From a virus (Duplodnaviria; Caudoviricetes), in the IMG/VR virus record IMGVR_UViG_3300046714_000321, positions 1-52,519 of that record: a stretch of DNA of 52,519 nucleotides; one strand, written 5' to 3'. The notes beneath the pieces are model-generated. The model was not told the origin of the DNA, made no database searches, and was given only the letters and a program-made list of their open reading frames with translations. The translations under genes were made by a program, and so were the position numbers. This document shows, in pieces, positions 25,850 through 36,064 of this stretch (the stretch's first letter is position 1; every line of letters starts with the position of its first letter).

Positions 25850-27194
25850 GGCTGAGGGCCAGGGCCGCCGTATTGTACGCGCAAAACTGGTAAGCCCCGT
25901 CCTGGTCGCGCGCGCACGTGACCTGGGGATAGATAAACTTGGAGTTCCCGAGGCTCACGCTCGCGTGGGGGAGGACGAACGTGGGCACCCGGTGCGGGGT
26001 GTAACTCAGTTCGGACGTGGTGTACCAGAGGCCACAAGGGTTTTCGTTCCACCCGAAAGCGGCGGTATCCATCTCGGCCATGCAGATCAGGTCCCCGCAC
26101 GCCGACACGCCGGTCAGGTGGTGCGCCGTGAGGGTGAACCGGAGCGTCCAGCTGGTGCCGTTGGTCGAGGTGTAAAGCTTGGAGTCCGTGCCGTCGCTGG
26201 CCAGGAGGATAAATCCGTGCTGGTCGCTGTAGGCCAGGGCGCGGCATCGGTAGGAGCCGGAGTAGGGCACGGTTTCGCAGGTCTGGCCAAGGCTGAAAGA
26301 ATTGGTGACCAGGATGTAGCCCGCGCACGTGGCGGCCGTCAGGCCAGTGAAAGCCACGTTGAGGCCGGTCGCGCCGCCGCTGACGAATTTCCAGCCGTTG
26401 TCCTGCATGTCTCCGGTGGACGTGTCCGCGGCCTGGAGATCGACGGGGGACGTTGGGATAAAGGTCGAAACGTCCGAGTAGGAGGACCCGTCCGGAGTGG
26501 TGAACATGTGGTTTTTATTGTCATCGGCGCTGTAACCGATGGCCACTATACCGGTAATCCCGCCGGACGAGAACGTGGACTCCATGCACGACCACTCCAT
26601 GGAGATGGCCCCCACCGGCTGGATGAGGGAGTCGGCGATCACGCCCGAGGAGGCCGTGTAAACCGAAACCTTCGTGTCGTCGTTACTGGTGCCGACTACG
26701 CTACCGTCCCGGCCGACCGCGAAGACGGTGGGGGAGCTCCAGGAGTCCGTGAGGACCCCGATCAGGTTCCAGTTCACCTGGTCCACGGAGTAGAAAAGAT
26801 TCGTGTCGTCGTCGGTAACTGACGTCTGGGTCATGTACCAGATACCCTGGTTGAATGGCTTGGTACCGCTTCCGCCCAGCGCGGCCATGGGGGCGGCCCA
26901 GCGCACGCGCGAGAAACGACGGGTGCCCACGCCGACGGCGAAAGGCGTCTGATACCCGTGCCAGTTATTGACCTGCAACTGGCCAAGAAACTGCATGAAG
27001 GCATCGGCCGCGTTCTGACCCTCCTCGCCACGCTGGGCCAGGACGTCGTTTACCTCGTCCACGGCGATGGGGCGGCTGGGAACAAAACCATCGTCAGCCG
27101 GCACGACTCGCTTGGGCAGTCCGTCCCACTCCTCGCCCGGATCGGAGTAGTTTCCACTGGCCCATTCGGCAAATACGGGGGTTTGCGGCTTCAT
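25824..27194 (-). CDS. Baseplate-attached tail fibre/receptor-binding protein (beta-propeller-like)
   Basis: Follows the wedge genes; Asp-box-like repeats SVDQVNW, TPDGSSY, STNGTSW. Confidence 0.6.
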   Translation of the reverse strand: MKPQTPVFAEWASGNYSDPGEEWDGLPKRVVPADDGFVPSRPIAVDEVNDVLAQRGEEGQNAADAFMQFLGQLQVNNWHGYQTPFAVGVGTRRFSRVRWAAPMAALGGSGTKPFNQGIWYMTQTSVTDDDTNLFYSVDQVNWNLIGVLTDSWSSPTVFAVGRDGSVVGTSNDDTKVSVYTASSGVIADSLIQPVGAISMEWSCMESTFSSGGITGIVAIGYSADDNKNHMFTTPDGSSYSDVSTFIPTSPVDLQAADTSTGDMQDNGWKFVSGGATGLNVAFTGLTAATCAGYILVTNSFSLGQTCETVPYSGSYRCRALAYSDQHGFILLASDGTDSKLYTSTNGTSWTLRFTLTAHHLTGVSACGDLICMAEMDTAAFGWNENPCGLWYTTSELSYTPHRVPTFVLPHASVSLGNSKFIYPQVTCARDQDGAYQFCAYNTAALALSLTAGRFLR

Positions 27195-27784
27195 GTGACT
27201 CCGATAGATGCGGCCGTAGGCATTCCGACCGTGTTATCCCCGGACCAGCCGGTGGTGTTATCGTTTAGGCTAGGGTCCCCGGTCCAGCCCCAGCGGGCCA
27301 CGTCGGCCGGGTCGCCTCCCCAGTATTCGAGGACCGCGTAAACGCCCTGGGGCTTCACGCGCTTCAGGAGCTTGGCGATCTCCTGGGGCTGGTCCACGTT
27401 GACCAGGGTGAGGGTAAACGCCGCGATGGCCCCTTCCGTGTAGTCCACGGTTTCGGCCAGGGTCAGGTCCCCGAACTTGATCACGTCCTCGGGCCGCCCG
27501 GTGGAGCGGTTAACATGAATCCGTAACCTGATAGCAGCGCGGTAAGCCTCATCGGTGCGGCCCTCGCGGTCCTGGCCGACGATCTCCCCGAGGGCTTCTA
27601 GCTGCACCCCGACCGCGTCATCCAGGTTGAAGCGGGCCAGGAGTTCCCAGAAAAGGGCCTCGATGCGGTCACACCACGCGACCAGCGCGCGCATGAGGGC
27701 GGCCGTATTCGGGAGGTTCCGGTACTTCTGCGTTAGCGAAGCAACGGCCTCTGTCTGGTGACTGGCGATCGGCTCGGGGATCAT
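27191..27784 (-). CDS. Baseplate wedge protein (DUF2612-like)
   Basis: LDDAVGVQLEALGEIVGQDR...DEAYRAAIRLRI; downstream of baseplate J. Confidence 0.8.
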   Translation of the reverse strand: MIPEPIASHQTEAVASLTQKYRNLPNTAALMRALVAWCDRIEALFWELLARFNLDDAVGVQLEALGEIVGQDREGRTDEAYRAAIRLRIHVNRSTGRPEDVIKFGDLTLAETVDYTEGAIAAFTLTLVNVDQPQEIAKLLKRVKPQGVYAVLEYWGGDPADVARWGWTGDPSLNDNTTGWSGDNTVGMPTAASIGVT

Positions 27785-28962
27785 ACGTGGGTGACCGTGA
27801 TCCGCCCGGTATCGAACGTGGCGATCTGCCGGGACCCGACCGGGATATTTGCCGTGGCCGTGGGCGACGAGCCGAAATCGAGCTCCAGGGCTGGCACGTC
27901 GGTAACGCCGCGCACGGTGAGGCCAGCCGCACGGAAGGCCAGGGCGATCACGTCGTCCCCCATCTCGAGGGCGTCACCCAGGGCCACGAGGGCGTCCTTG
28001 ATCTGGTCGTCGCCGTCCGCCGGGAAGGAGGTCAGGTCCACCGTGGCGAACACATCGAAGTAAATCGGGACCTGGGTCGCGCGCGTAAAGCTCACGTCCC
28101 GGAGGCGCCCCTTGGAGTCCCTGGCCTGGGCCGTCGTGGTCCCGTACGCGCGCATACCCGCGGGCTTGTTATCCCAGATGGCTTGGGCAATTTCCGTGTC
28201 GTCCGCGTCCATTCCGACGTCGTCCCAGACCACGATTTCGAACGACTTGCCCGGGAGGCCATCGTCGTCCGTGGTGAGCAAAACGTTTTCGAAACCGGCC
28301 ACGGCCAGCACCCCGTCCAGCTCCTCCACGGCGGCCACGCACGAGTCCAAGGTACAGTCACCCTGGGCCGGCAGTTCCTGCTTGCGGCGGATCCGGAGGT
28401 CCGTGTCTTCCTCGAGATTGTTCCCCAGCTCCGCGTCCAGGGGATTGGTCACGGTATTCCAGCCCGACACGGTCGAAACGATGTTGATCAGGGTCCCCGA
28501 ATTCGCGGCCGTGGGGCCAGTGGTCGTACACTCGAAATCCCCGACGTACGTGCCGGCCGTGGTCGAGGTCACATCGGCCATGAGGGAGAAGAGGACGCCC
28601 GGAATATCCGGATTGTTGATCAGGGACCCGGCCGGGACCGTCGTGGACGCGTCCAGATCCAGCTCCACGTCCCGGGCGATGCTGGCCTTCGGCTCCTTCC
28701 GGCGCGTGCCAGTGAGAGCGCAAACATTGTCCAGGAGGCGCTTCTCGGCCGCCTTGGGGTTCATTTGGTTGTGACAGGTGGCCCCCAGCTCCCAGAGGCG
28801 TTGTTCCCGAAGCGCGATGCGGCCGACGATCTGGCCAAGCGGGCTGGTCTCCCCCAGGTCCTGGCCAGCGTCGATATTGGCCCAGATATCCGCCTTCAGG
28901 GCGTCCTGGATTTCCGTAACTGTCGGGACCGTAAGGCCCTCATCCGTGAGTCCGTATGTCAT
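27781..28962 (-). CDS. Baseplate J/gp47-like protein
   Basis: YGLTDEG, LDNVCALTGTRR, VTNPLDAELG..EEDTDLRIR, IAQAIWDNKPAG. Confidence 0.9.
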   Translation of the reverse strand: MTYGLTDEGLTVPTVTEIQDALKADIWANIDAGQDLGETSPLGQIVGRIALREQRLWELGATCHNQMNPKAAEKRLLDNVCALTGTRRKEPKASIARDVELDLDASTTVPAGSLINNPDIPGVLFSLMADVTSTTAGTYVGDFECTTTGPTAANSGTLINIVSTVSGWNTVTNPLDAELGNNLEEDTDLRIRRKQELPAQGDCTLDSCVAAVEELDGVLAVAGFENVLLTTDDDGLPGKSFEIVVWDDVGMDADDTEIAQAIWDNKPAGMRAYGTTTAQARDSKGRLRDVSFTRATQVPIYFDVFATVDLTSFPADGDDQIKDALVALGDALEMGDDVIALAFRAAGLTVRGVTDVPALELDFGSSPTATANIPVGSRQIATFDTGRITVTHV

Positions 28963-29342
28963 GGCGCCGTCACGATAAAGGGCCGCACGGACCCTCCGGT
29001 AACCGTAGACCCGTCATTGATTTTGGCCTCAAATTCAAAGTCCAGACTCCTCGTGGCCTTGTCAAACGTCAGCTCCATGACCGGCACGGAAACGACGTTT
29101 TCCACGGAGAGGATTATCTTCTGGAAAAGGCCTCGGATAATCGCCAGGTTAGGGCGCTTGACCAGGACCAGGTCCAGGTACGGGACGCCGATCCGGCTGT
29201 CCAGAACCGACTCCCCCAGGCCGATTCCAAAGGCGTTTTTGATGCGAATGGCGGCCACCTCTCCGGGGTCGTCCTCGATCAGGAGGCGCCCGTTCTCGAA
29301 AACAATGTCCCCCGTCGCGTCCTGTTTAATGCACGTAATCAT
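28959..29342 (-). CDS. Baseplate wedge initiator (gp25/gp46-like)
   Basis: GESVLDSRIGVPY motif; position before baseplate J. Confidence 0.8.
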   Translation of the reverse strand: MITCIKQDATGDIVFENGRLLIEDDPGEVAAIRIKNAFGIGLGESVLDSRIGVPYLDLVLVKRPNLAIIRGLFQKIILSVENVVSVPVMELTFDKATRSLDFEFEAKINDGSTVTGGSVRPFIVTAP

Positions 29343-29346
29343 GGGG

Positions 29347-30018
29347 TTACAGAGCCTTTACGGTGGCCGCGGCCGTGGTCGGCTGGGCGCCCAGGGGGGT
29401 GATCGGGCTTGAAGTGGTACCGCCACCTCCAGGGGCCGTGTGGGTGTGGGCGTTGATGTAAGTCCGCATCGCCGCGATAACCCCATCGACCTTGGAGGCC
29501 AGGGCGACGTAATCCACGGCCATCCGATTCAGGAGGATTTCCAGCTCCTTAACCTGGATCTGGGTCCCGCCCGAGATCCCCAGGATAGCCGCGGCCTGGC
29601 GTTCGAAAGCCTCCGCGGGCGAGCGCGGTTCGGCCATGGGCTTCAGGCGCGGAACCCAGTAACAGGACTGGTAAGCGTGCCGGCTTACGTTCTCCGGCTC
29701 CAGTCCAGGTATCCCCTCGATATCCCAGTGGGAAGTGTCGAAGGTCGAAAAGTGCAGCATGCCCACGTCCCCCTGGCTAAGCGGAAACGTGAGGTCGAAA
29801 ATCCCTCCGCCCGGAAAGCAGACGAGGACTTTCGGGATGGCCGGAGGGTCCCGGTACTCCCACCCGTCCGCCGTGGGGACGGGAATCTGGGCCACCGGCT
29901 GGACGTCCACGGTCCCCAAGGCCGGGTCAAAGGTAATCACCCGCGCGGGGATCGACGTCCAGATATCGTGCCGGGCGCTTTCCATGTGCGCCTGGATAAC
30001 TTCGGGGAGAGACGTCAC
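29347..30018 (-). CDS. Baseplate central spike (gp138/gpV-like)
   Basis: N-terminal OB fold TSIPARVITFD..VDVQP; C-terminal HTH metal-binding tip (NAHTH). Confidence 0.85.
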   Translation of the reverse strand: MTSLPEVIQAHMESARHDIWTSIPARVITFDPALGTVDVQPVAQIPVPTADGWEYRDPPAIPKVLVCFPGGGIFDLTFPLSQGDVGMLHFSTFDTSHWDIEGIPGLEPENVSRHAYQSCYWVPRLKPMAEPRSPAEAFERQAAAILGISGGTQIQVKELEILLNRMAVDYVALASKVDGVIAAMRTYINAHTHTAPGGGGTTSSPITPLGAQPTTAAATVKAL

Positions 30019-30034
30019 CCCCAGAAACTAGCTA

Positions 30035-30847
30035 TCAGAACTTTTTGCAGACCAGCGTGCAGCTCCAGTCATCGCCGCGGGTGTCGCCGGTAAACTCAGT
30101 TTCTTCAATGCGATAGCCACCCTTGACCCCATGGCTATTGAAAAGCACGATCTGTCCAGGGATGAGGTCCGGGATCAGCTGGGTCTGGGCATGGACCTTC
30201 CCCTCGTTATCCACCGACGGGGAGCCCAGGAGACCCGTCCCGGGGCTTAGCAAGTAGGCCAGGCCCTCCCGAGGCTTGCCCTTGTCCAGAATCTGTACCT
30301 GGCCGTTTTGGATGGACCACTCCAGGCCGGCGCTTTCACAGAAGTCAGTCATGCGCGAGGCCACGTTGCCCACGATGACCTGGCGGCCACCGAGGCTCAC
30401 CACACCCTTGGCCCTCAGCTTGGCCAGCGCGAAAGGGAGGTTTCCCGTACCCACGCCCAGGGCCTTTACGATGGCCGTCAGGGCCAGGTCCGGGGGCGTC
30501 TTCGGCCCGATGACCTGGTAAAGGCCGTTTTTACGCGCGCTCTCCCCGTCGCCCGAGGAAAGTTCCGTCACCCAGTCCGCGCCGTCTTTGACCGTGGGGG
30601 CCGTCCGGAGCTCCCCGAGGTAAATCTGGCCGATGTTAGATTTGTACCCCGCGCGAAGTTTGACGGCCGCCTTTTTCTTCGCAGATCCAAGGGCTTTCTG
30701 GGTCGACGGGGCCAGGTTGAAGATATTGATCTCCGCCGTATTCGGCTCCGGCTTCAGGTTCTTTTTGACCCGAAAGGTACAGTCGAAGTCCGAAAGCTCG
30801 TAAGTATCGACAACCAGCTCTATTTTTCGGTCGAAAAGAAGGGCCAT
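30035..30847 (-). CDS. Baseplate hub protein
   Basis: PNTAEINIFNL, LRAGY, WSIQNG, TGLLGSP, GDTRGDDW. Confidence 0.85.
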   Translation of the reverse strand: MALLFDRKIELVVDTYELSDFDCTFRVKKNLKPEPNTAEINIFNLAPSTQKALGSAKKKAAVKLRAGYKSNIGQIYLGELRTAPTVKDGADWVTELSSGDGESARKNGLYQVIGPKTPPDLALTAIVKALGVGTGNLPFALAKLRAKGVVSLGGRQVIVGNVASRMTDFCESAGLEWSIQNGQVQILDKGKPREGLAYLLSPGTGLLGSPSVDNEGKVHAQTQLIPDLIPGQIVLFNSHGVKGGYRIEETEFTGDTRGDDWSCTLVCKKF

Positions 30848-31182
30848 TATGCCCCCGCCAGGTCTTCGACCGTCGCGTAAACCAGCTCCACGCGCTTCCC
30901 CTCGCCCAGCTCCGTCAGGCCCGGGGGCGACTTATCGGCGCCGGACGCGGAGGCCAGCATCTCCCCCTGGGGCATGAGGGGGTTGGCCTTGTAGTCCTCG
31001 AGTAGCGGGACCTCGCAAACGACCTTGATCCCCTTGAGAAGTTCGGTCCCGTCGATCTGGAGAATGTCGAAATACCAGCACGATTCCCGTTCGTTGAACC
31101 GGAAATCCAGGATGTAGTCCGTCCCGTCCATGGCCACGATCTGGGTATAAAACGGGTCTTCGAAGGTCTCGATCAGGATCAT
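30847..31182 (-). CDS. Baseplate plug/small baseplate protein
   Basis: DGTDYILDFRFNERESCWYFDI; conserved position between Dit-like and hub genes. Confidence 0.75.
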   Translation of the reverse strand: MILIETFEDPFYTQIVAMDGTDYILDFRFNERESCWYFDILQIDGTELLKGIKVVCEVPLLEDYKANPLMPQGEMLASASGADKSPPGLTELGEGKRVELVYATVEDLAGA

Positions 31183-31183
31183 T

Positions 31184-31900
31184 TTACAGGCCCATTTTCT
31201 TGAGCATGGACTGTTTCTTGACCGGGTCCGTTATCTCTTTGCCCTGGGTGGACTTCTTTTTCGGAGGCGTCGCGCGGAGCTCCGTTGGCACGGGCGCGTC
31301 CACGAGGAGAGACTCCACGAACCGGACCTTTTTGAACTCCAGGGAGAACTTCGCCCCGGTGCCCTCGGACGGCGTTTTATTCAGTACGACGCCCGTCAGA
31401 ACCATGTCCTCGTACGTGCGCGTGGACGTGTAGACGGTCAGGACTTCGCCGTCCTCTTTCAGCGTGATCAGCTTTTCGTGCACGGCCAGGACCGCGTCGA
31501 AAGGCACCGCGAACTGGAGCACCCGGGCCACGTACTCCGGCTTTCCGAAGAGAACGTTTCGGATGGCCGACCCCGCCGCATGGAAGAGGGAGCCAGGGGT
31601 AGGCTGTAGCGGGGGCTCGTACGAGGGGACGTCTAGGAGTGACGGCGCTTGCTCGATACCGAAGTTCTCGTTTCCCCCGAAATTGTCCTCCGCGAAAAGT
31701 GGCTCGTTTGAAACCATGCACTCGAAGGAGACGCGGTCCCCGTTCTGGCGGATGTGATCGGCCACATCGGCGCCCTTTTCCACGGCCTTCTCCGTGACCT
31801 CGGACGTGCCCTCGTGGGTCTGGTTCGTTACCGCGTTGAATTTGACAACGTGCGGGAGGCCGATCTTGTCCGACCACTGGATGAAACAGGCCTCATTCAT
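31184..31900 (-). CDS. Tail tube initiator/Dit-like baseplate protein
   Basis: VTEKAVEKGADVADHI...YEDMVLT; follows the tape measure gene. Confidence 0.8.
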   Translation of the reverse strand: MNEACFIQWSDKIGLPHVVKFNAVTNQTHEGTSEVTEKAVEKGADVADHIRQNGDRVSFECMVSNEPLFAEDNFGGNENFGIEQAPSLLDVPSYEPPLQPTPGSLFHAAGSAIRNVLFGKPEYVARVLQFAVPFDAVLAVHEKLITLKEDGEVLTVYTSTRTYEDMVLTGVVLNKTPSEGTGAKFSLEFKKVRFVESLLVDAPVPTELRATPPKKKSTQGKEITDPVKKQSMLKKMGL

Positions 31901-33429
31901 CGGATTGACCCCGCCTCAAGGGCGCTACGGAGGTCCGTATTGTCCCGCTGGAAACTCTGGACCTTGCGCGCCACGGCCGTCGGGTCTCCCGCGCCATTGA
32001 CGTTGATTTCCACCTGATTCGTCTGGGTGACGTTCGGGGAGACCATGCCACCCCACTGGGGCCCGTTCGCGCTGGGCGCGGGGACCGAGAGGAGGCCGGG
32101 GTTAGAGCCGGAGCCGAAAACTGTATCCCCGGCCTTATCAATGGCCTTGCCGGCCTTGCCCTCGGGCGTAAGCAGGGACCCGGCCGCGCCGGCCTTGGAA
32201 AAGATGGCATCGAAGACGGAGCCACCCTTTTTACGGACGTCGCCGAAGGCGTTCGCCATCTCCCCAATGGCCGTAACCAGGCCCCCGAGAAGCGTGAGGG
32301 CCGAGGCCATGATTTTCACGAGCCAGACGAACACATTGAGGATCGGGGGGAGCACGGCTTTGCCCACGTCCCCCAGGGCCTGGAGGGCCGGGCTGGCCGC
32401 GTTGAAGGCCACCACGAGTTGGTCCCACACGCCCCAGAGCTGTTTCGCGAATTCCGAAGCGGCGCCCGCACCGAAAAGCTTGTCCATCGTCTCGCCGATG
32501 ACCGACTCCCCGCCCGTCATGAGCGTGTAGAGGTCCTCGAAAAGCAGGAAAAGCCCGGTCGCAAACAGGATGATCGGGGACTTAGCCAGGATCCCCATGA
32601 CGTTCACGAGGCGGCCGATGGCGAACGCGCCACCCAGGCCCATGGCCACGAGGCCAGCCTGGACCACGTTGGTTTCAGACGCGAGCTTACGCGCCTTGGC
32701 CGCCCACTCGGTGAGCTTTACGGCGATGTTTTTGACGATGGGAAGGAGGGCCAAGGCCACCTGAGACTTGAGGGCGCGCGTCACGAAACCCAGCCGGTCC
32801 AGCTGGTCGCCCGCCTCATCGGCCGCGTGGATAAAGTCGTGGCCGAGGATAATCCCCAGGTCGTCCGCTTCCTTGAAAAGCTTTTCGAAACCCTCACGAC
32901 CCTCGGCCAAGGCCGGGAGGAGAGCCGCGCCGCCGCGCCCGAAAAGCTTCATGGCCGCCGCGGTCCGCTGGGCCTGGCTGTCCATGCTGTCCAGGGCGTC
33001 CACGACGTCCAGGAACACGTCCGACGTCTCCCGGGGGCCCTGGCTGTCCTTGAGGGCGATACCCAGCCCTGCGAAGCTCTGGACCGCTTCCTTGTTCCCG
33101 TCGGCCGCGTTGCCGATATTCTTGTTCAGGAACCCCAGGGCCGTGCCCATGGTGTCGGCCGAGATGCCAGCCAGTTTCCCGGCATACTCGAATTTCTGGA
33201 GCTCATCCGTGCCCACGCCCAGGCGAAGAGCCGTATCGTTGATCCGGGAGCCAAGCTCGATTTGCTCGTGGATGAGGTCCTTGATCCCGACCACGACGGC
33301 CGCGCCCGCGATGGCTGCGCCGAAACCCTTGATCGAGTCAAGGGCGCCGCCCATGCGCTTTTCGAAGGTATCCAGGTCCTTCGAATCGACCTCAACGCCA
33401 AGGGTCGCCAGGATTTCGCGGAGTGCCAT
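31897..33429 (-). CDS. Tape measure protein
   Basis: 510 aa Ala/Gly-rich helical protein after the chaperones; AMKLFGRGG. Confidence 0.9.
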   Translation of the reverse strand: MALREILATLGVEVDSKDLDTFEKRMGGALDSIKGFGAAIAGAAVVVGIKDLIHEQIELGSRINDTALRLGVGTDELQKFEYAGKLAGISADTMGTALGFLNKNIGNAADGNKEAVQSFAGLGIALKDSQGPRETSDVFLDVVDALDSMDSQAQRTAAAMKLFGRGGAALLPALAEGREGFEKLFKEADDLGIILGHDFIHAADEAGDQLDRLGFVTRALKSQVALALLPIVKNIAVKLTEWAAKARKLASETNVVQAGLVAMGLGGAFAIGRLVNVMGILAKSPIILFATGLFLLFEDLYTLMTGGESVIGETMDKLFGAGAASEFAKQLWGVWDQLVVAFNAASPALQALGDVGKAVLPPILNVFVWLVKIMASALTLLGGLVTAIGEMANAFGDVRKKGGSVFDAIFSKAGAAGSLLTPEGKAGKAIDKAGDTVFGSGSNPGLLSVPAPSANGPQWGGMVSPNVTQTNQVEINVNGAGDPTAVARKVQSFQRDNTDLRSALEAGSIR

Positions 33430-33431
33430 GG

Positions 33432-33704
33432 TTATCGCCCGGATTTCTGGGCCTTAGCCTCGGCCTCGGCGCGCGCCCGCTCTTCCAGTTCCTCGTATAG
33501 ATTTAGGACGTCGTGGGCCTCCAGGAGGTCGTCATGGCACCAGTATTCCCCGAGTTCCTGGCGGGAAACCTTAATGGTTCCCGTACGATCGTACAGGATG
33601 CGGCCTACGCCCCAGTCTAGGTGGTCGGGGATTCTGACGGTGGGTCCGCTTGGCCGGGCTTCACGACCGAAGCAATTCCGCCCGCCAAGATACCGCGAAA
33701 AAAA
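33432..33704 (-). CDS. Tail assembly chaperone -1 frameshift extension (G-T type)
   Basis: Open -1 frame from T-TTT-TTT at 33704-33698 to a stop just before the tape measure gene; WCHDDLLEAHDVL. Confidence 0.7.
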   Translation of the reverse strand, partial: FFSRYLGGRNCFGREARPSGPTVRIPDHLDWGVGRILYDRTGTIKVSRQELGEYWCHDDLLEAHDVLNLYEELEERARAEAEAKAQKSGR

Positions 33705-34060
33705 CCGCCGAAATTCACCCCCATGGCGAACACGAACCACTGGACCAGCTCGAAATACCGGCCGGCGAAATGCTCCCCGTAGATAGCCGAGAGGGCCCCA
33801 GGCTTGCCGCCCGCGGGCTGGCAAATCGTGTTTTCGGCCATCGTCTTGGCCAGCTCTTCGAAGGTGTCGGGGTCGATCGCGTCGGCCAGGCCAGCGATAA
33901 AACCCGCGTCCTTCTCGCCACCCTTGGAGGTCTGGGCCTTGGCGATGGCCGGCCCAAAAAACCGCATGAGCCGAACGATAACCCGCTGGCCCTCGATAGC
34001 CCCAAGCTGGTTGACCGTGTACCGGTCCCCGCCGATAACCTTGGATTCCGATTTCCGCAT
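33617..34060 (-). CDS. Tail assembly chaperone
   Basis: Between tube and tape measure; EHFAGRY...VNFGGFF. Confidence 0.85.
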   Translation of the reverse strand: MRKSESKVIGGDRYTVNQLGAIEGQRVIVRLMRFFGPAIAKAQTSKGGEKDAGFIAGLADAIDPDTFEELAKTMAENTICQPAGGKPGALSAIYGEHFAGRYFELVQWFVFAMGVNFGGFFRGILAGGIASVVKPGQADPPSESPTT

Positions 34061-34087
34061 ACCCTACAGGGTAGCGGGTAGCGGATA

Positions 34088-34516
34088 TCAGTTACCGCCG
34101 TCGTGGCGTAGGACGAGGTTCGCGATACGAACCGTCCACTCTCGGGCGCCAGCCTGGCGATCGAAATCGACGTCCGGAGCCTTGGAGATCCAGCACGACT
34201 CGGCCGAGTAGACCGACGTACCTTGGCGGTCGGCCAGGTAGAAGGGGCCCACGCCCGCGCCGTTGCCCGCGAGCTTGTCCAGCTCATGGAGGGCCGAGAG
34301 AGCATCGTTGATCTCGCTCGACTGCATGAGCTTGACCTTGACCTCTGCCCGGTTGTCGTTCGTCTTGGACCGGGTGACCTCACCGTCGGTGCCGATCACG
34401 TCCGAAAACGCGTCGCTGACCATCGAGAGGGTCACGAAGGAGCCATCCGCGAAGCCTCGATCCACGAGGATTCCGCCGACAACCAAAGTGACTTCGTTCG
34501 CGTCGTATACCTTCAT
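34088..34516 (-). CDS. Tail tube protein (DUF3277-like)
   Basis: YDANEV...GFADG...GTDGEV...LMQSS...REW. Confidence 0.88.
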   Translation of the reverse strand: MKVYDANEVTLVVGGILVDRGFADGSFVTLSMVSDAFSDVIGTDGEVTRSKTNDNRAEVKVKLMQSSEINDALSALHELDKLAGNGAGVGPFYLADRQGTSVYSAESCWISKAPDVDFDRQAGAREWTVRIANLVLRHDGGN

Positions 34517-34519
34517 GGG

Positions 34520-35839
34520 TTACACCGAAACCAGGCCGGAGATTGAAACCGTGTGGACCGCGCCCTCGAGGACGGCGGAAAACTCGATATCCGGGAGGTG
34601 CCGGTCTAGACGATCCGCCTCCGAGATATCCGCGACCTTGGGGGCCGTAACCGTGGGGGCCGGGGACTTGGCCAGGAGCGTCACGCGCACGCCCGCCTGG
34701 AGAGCGCCCATGATGACGCCCTTGATCAGGTCCACGCCCGCGTCCGTGTAGCCAATTTTCTTGGCGTTAACGAGCGCGGTCAGGAGCCGGATTTTGATCT
34801 CCGACTTGAGCCAGTCGAGGCCTCGGATAACGTCGAGATACTCTCCGGACGTCGTCTTACCCCCGCCCTGGGTAATGTTCAGACCCTGGACCGAGTCGAG
34901 GAAGTTGACCCGCTTGGTTACGAGGGTGTTGCGCGGGCCAGCCTGAATCTCGAAGGCCGGGACGCCCGAGAGCTGCTTAAACTCCCAGGTATCCTCGCCC
35001 GGACGGTACGGGAGACGGTCGCCCGCGATGGCCGCGTCCAGCTGGGACGGGCACTTGCGGCCGTTCCAGTAGATTGCGACGTGGTCGTACGCGTTTGACT
35101 TGAGGTCGCTCGCGACGTCCGTGGTCGTACCGCTGTCCTGTACGCCCCAGTCGGACGTGGACGCGATGTAGAGTTTCCCGTTGGCTTGCGCCCAGGCGGC
35201 CGCTGCGTTGATAACCGCTTCGCTGCAACCGTCGACCAGGAGGACGTACCAGCCCGAATCGACCTCGAGGATATCGGCCAGGTCATTGGCGATACCCGCG
35301 TCCGCGGTCGTATCCGTGAAGTGGAAATTGTCCGACCAGTTCGCGTAGACCGCGGTTTTTCCGGCCGTGGTCGTGACCGTAATCGTGTCGGTCGTGGGGC
35401 TGGACGTGATTTCCGAAAGCGCTTCGATCAGGGCCTCGATGGCCGTCGCGACGGTCGTGGTCGTTTCGGACGAAACCACCGTGTAGGAGATGGTCGTGGA
35501 CGTGCCGCCCGGGGGCGTAACGTCGATCGTGTAAACGTCACCCTCGACCGCGGACATGCACTTGAGAGTGACCGTCTGGGTGGGGATGCTCTGGAGGCGG
35601 CCAAGCTTGAAATTCTTGGGCTTATTCCTCTGGCTGCACATAACGGCCGCCTTGAGGTACGCGCCTTCCGAAACCGAGAAACCGGCCGAGATGAGGTCCG
35701 CGGGTTTCTTGTACGTCGAGACCAGCGTGGGGAGGCCGTGGACGTGGTAACTGGCGATCAACGGGACGCCGAAACCCTCACGGGTCGGGGCCGCGGTCGC
35801 CGCCGTTACGACCAAATCAACGATATCATCGAGGGCCAT
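34520..35839 (-). CDS. Tail sheath protein (DUF3383-like)
   Basis: GFGVPLI, TWEFKQLSGV, GEYLDVIRGLDWL, KIGYTDAG, GAVH. Confidence 0.92.
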   Translation of the reverse strand: MALDDIVDLVVTAATAAPTREGFGVPLIASYHVHGLPTLVSTYKKPADLISAGFSVSEGAYLKAAVMCSQRNKPKNFKLGRLQSIPTQTVTLKCMSAVEGDVYTIDVTPPGGTSTTISYTVVSSETTTTVATAIEALIEALSEITSSPTTDTITVTTTAGKTAVYANWSDNFHFTDTTADAGIANDLADILEVDSGWYVLLVDGCSEAVINAAAAWAQANGKLYIASTSDWGVQDSGTTTDVASDLKSNAYDHVAIYWNGRKCPSQLDAAIAGDRLPYRPGEDTWEFKQLSGVPAFEIQAGPRNTLVTKRVNFLDSVQGLNITQGGGKTTSGEYLDVIRGLDWLKSEIKIRLLTALVNAKKIGYTDAGVDLIKGVIMGALQAGVRVTLLAKSPAPTVTAPKVADISEADRLDRHLPDIEFSAVLEGAVHTVSISGLVSV

Positions 35840-35872
35840 CCCCCAAACAGGTAGAAACCCTCGAGATATCTG

Positions 35873-36064
35873 CTACTTGATAACCTTTAACAGTTTCGAG
35901 ATTCGTCCTAGGTCGCGCTTCGCGGACACGAAATTGGCGATAAAGTCGGGGTCCTCGCCCGCGACCAGGAGAGCCAGGGCCTGGGTCAGGTGGGAGTGGA
36001 GCTCCCTCGTTTCCATGAGGGCGAGCTCCAGGGGTCGCTGGATATCGGCGCGTTTCAAAGGCAC
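35873..36064 (-). CDS. Hypothetical protein
   Basis: 63 aa helical ORF overlapping the end of the methyltransferase remnant. Confidence 0.45.
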   Translation of the reverse strand: MPLKRADIQRPLELALMETRELHSHLTQALALLVAGEDPDFIANFVSAKRDLGRISKLLKVIK

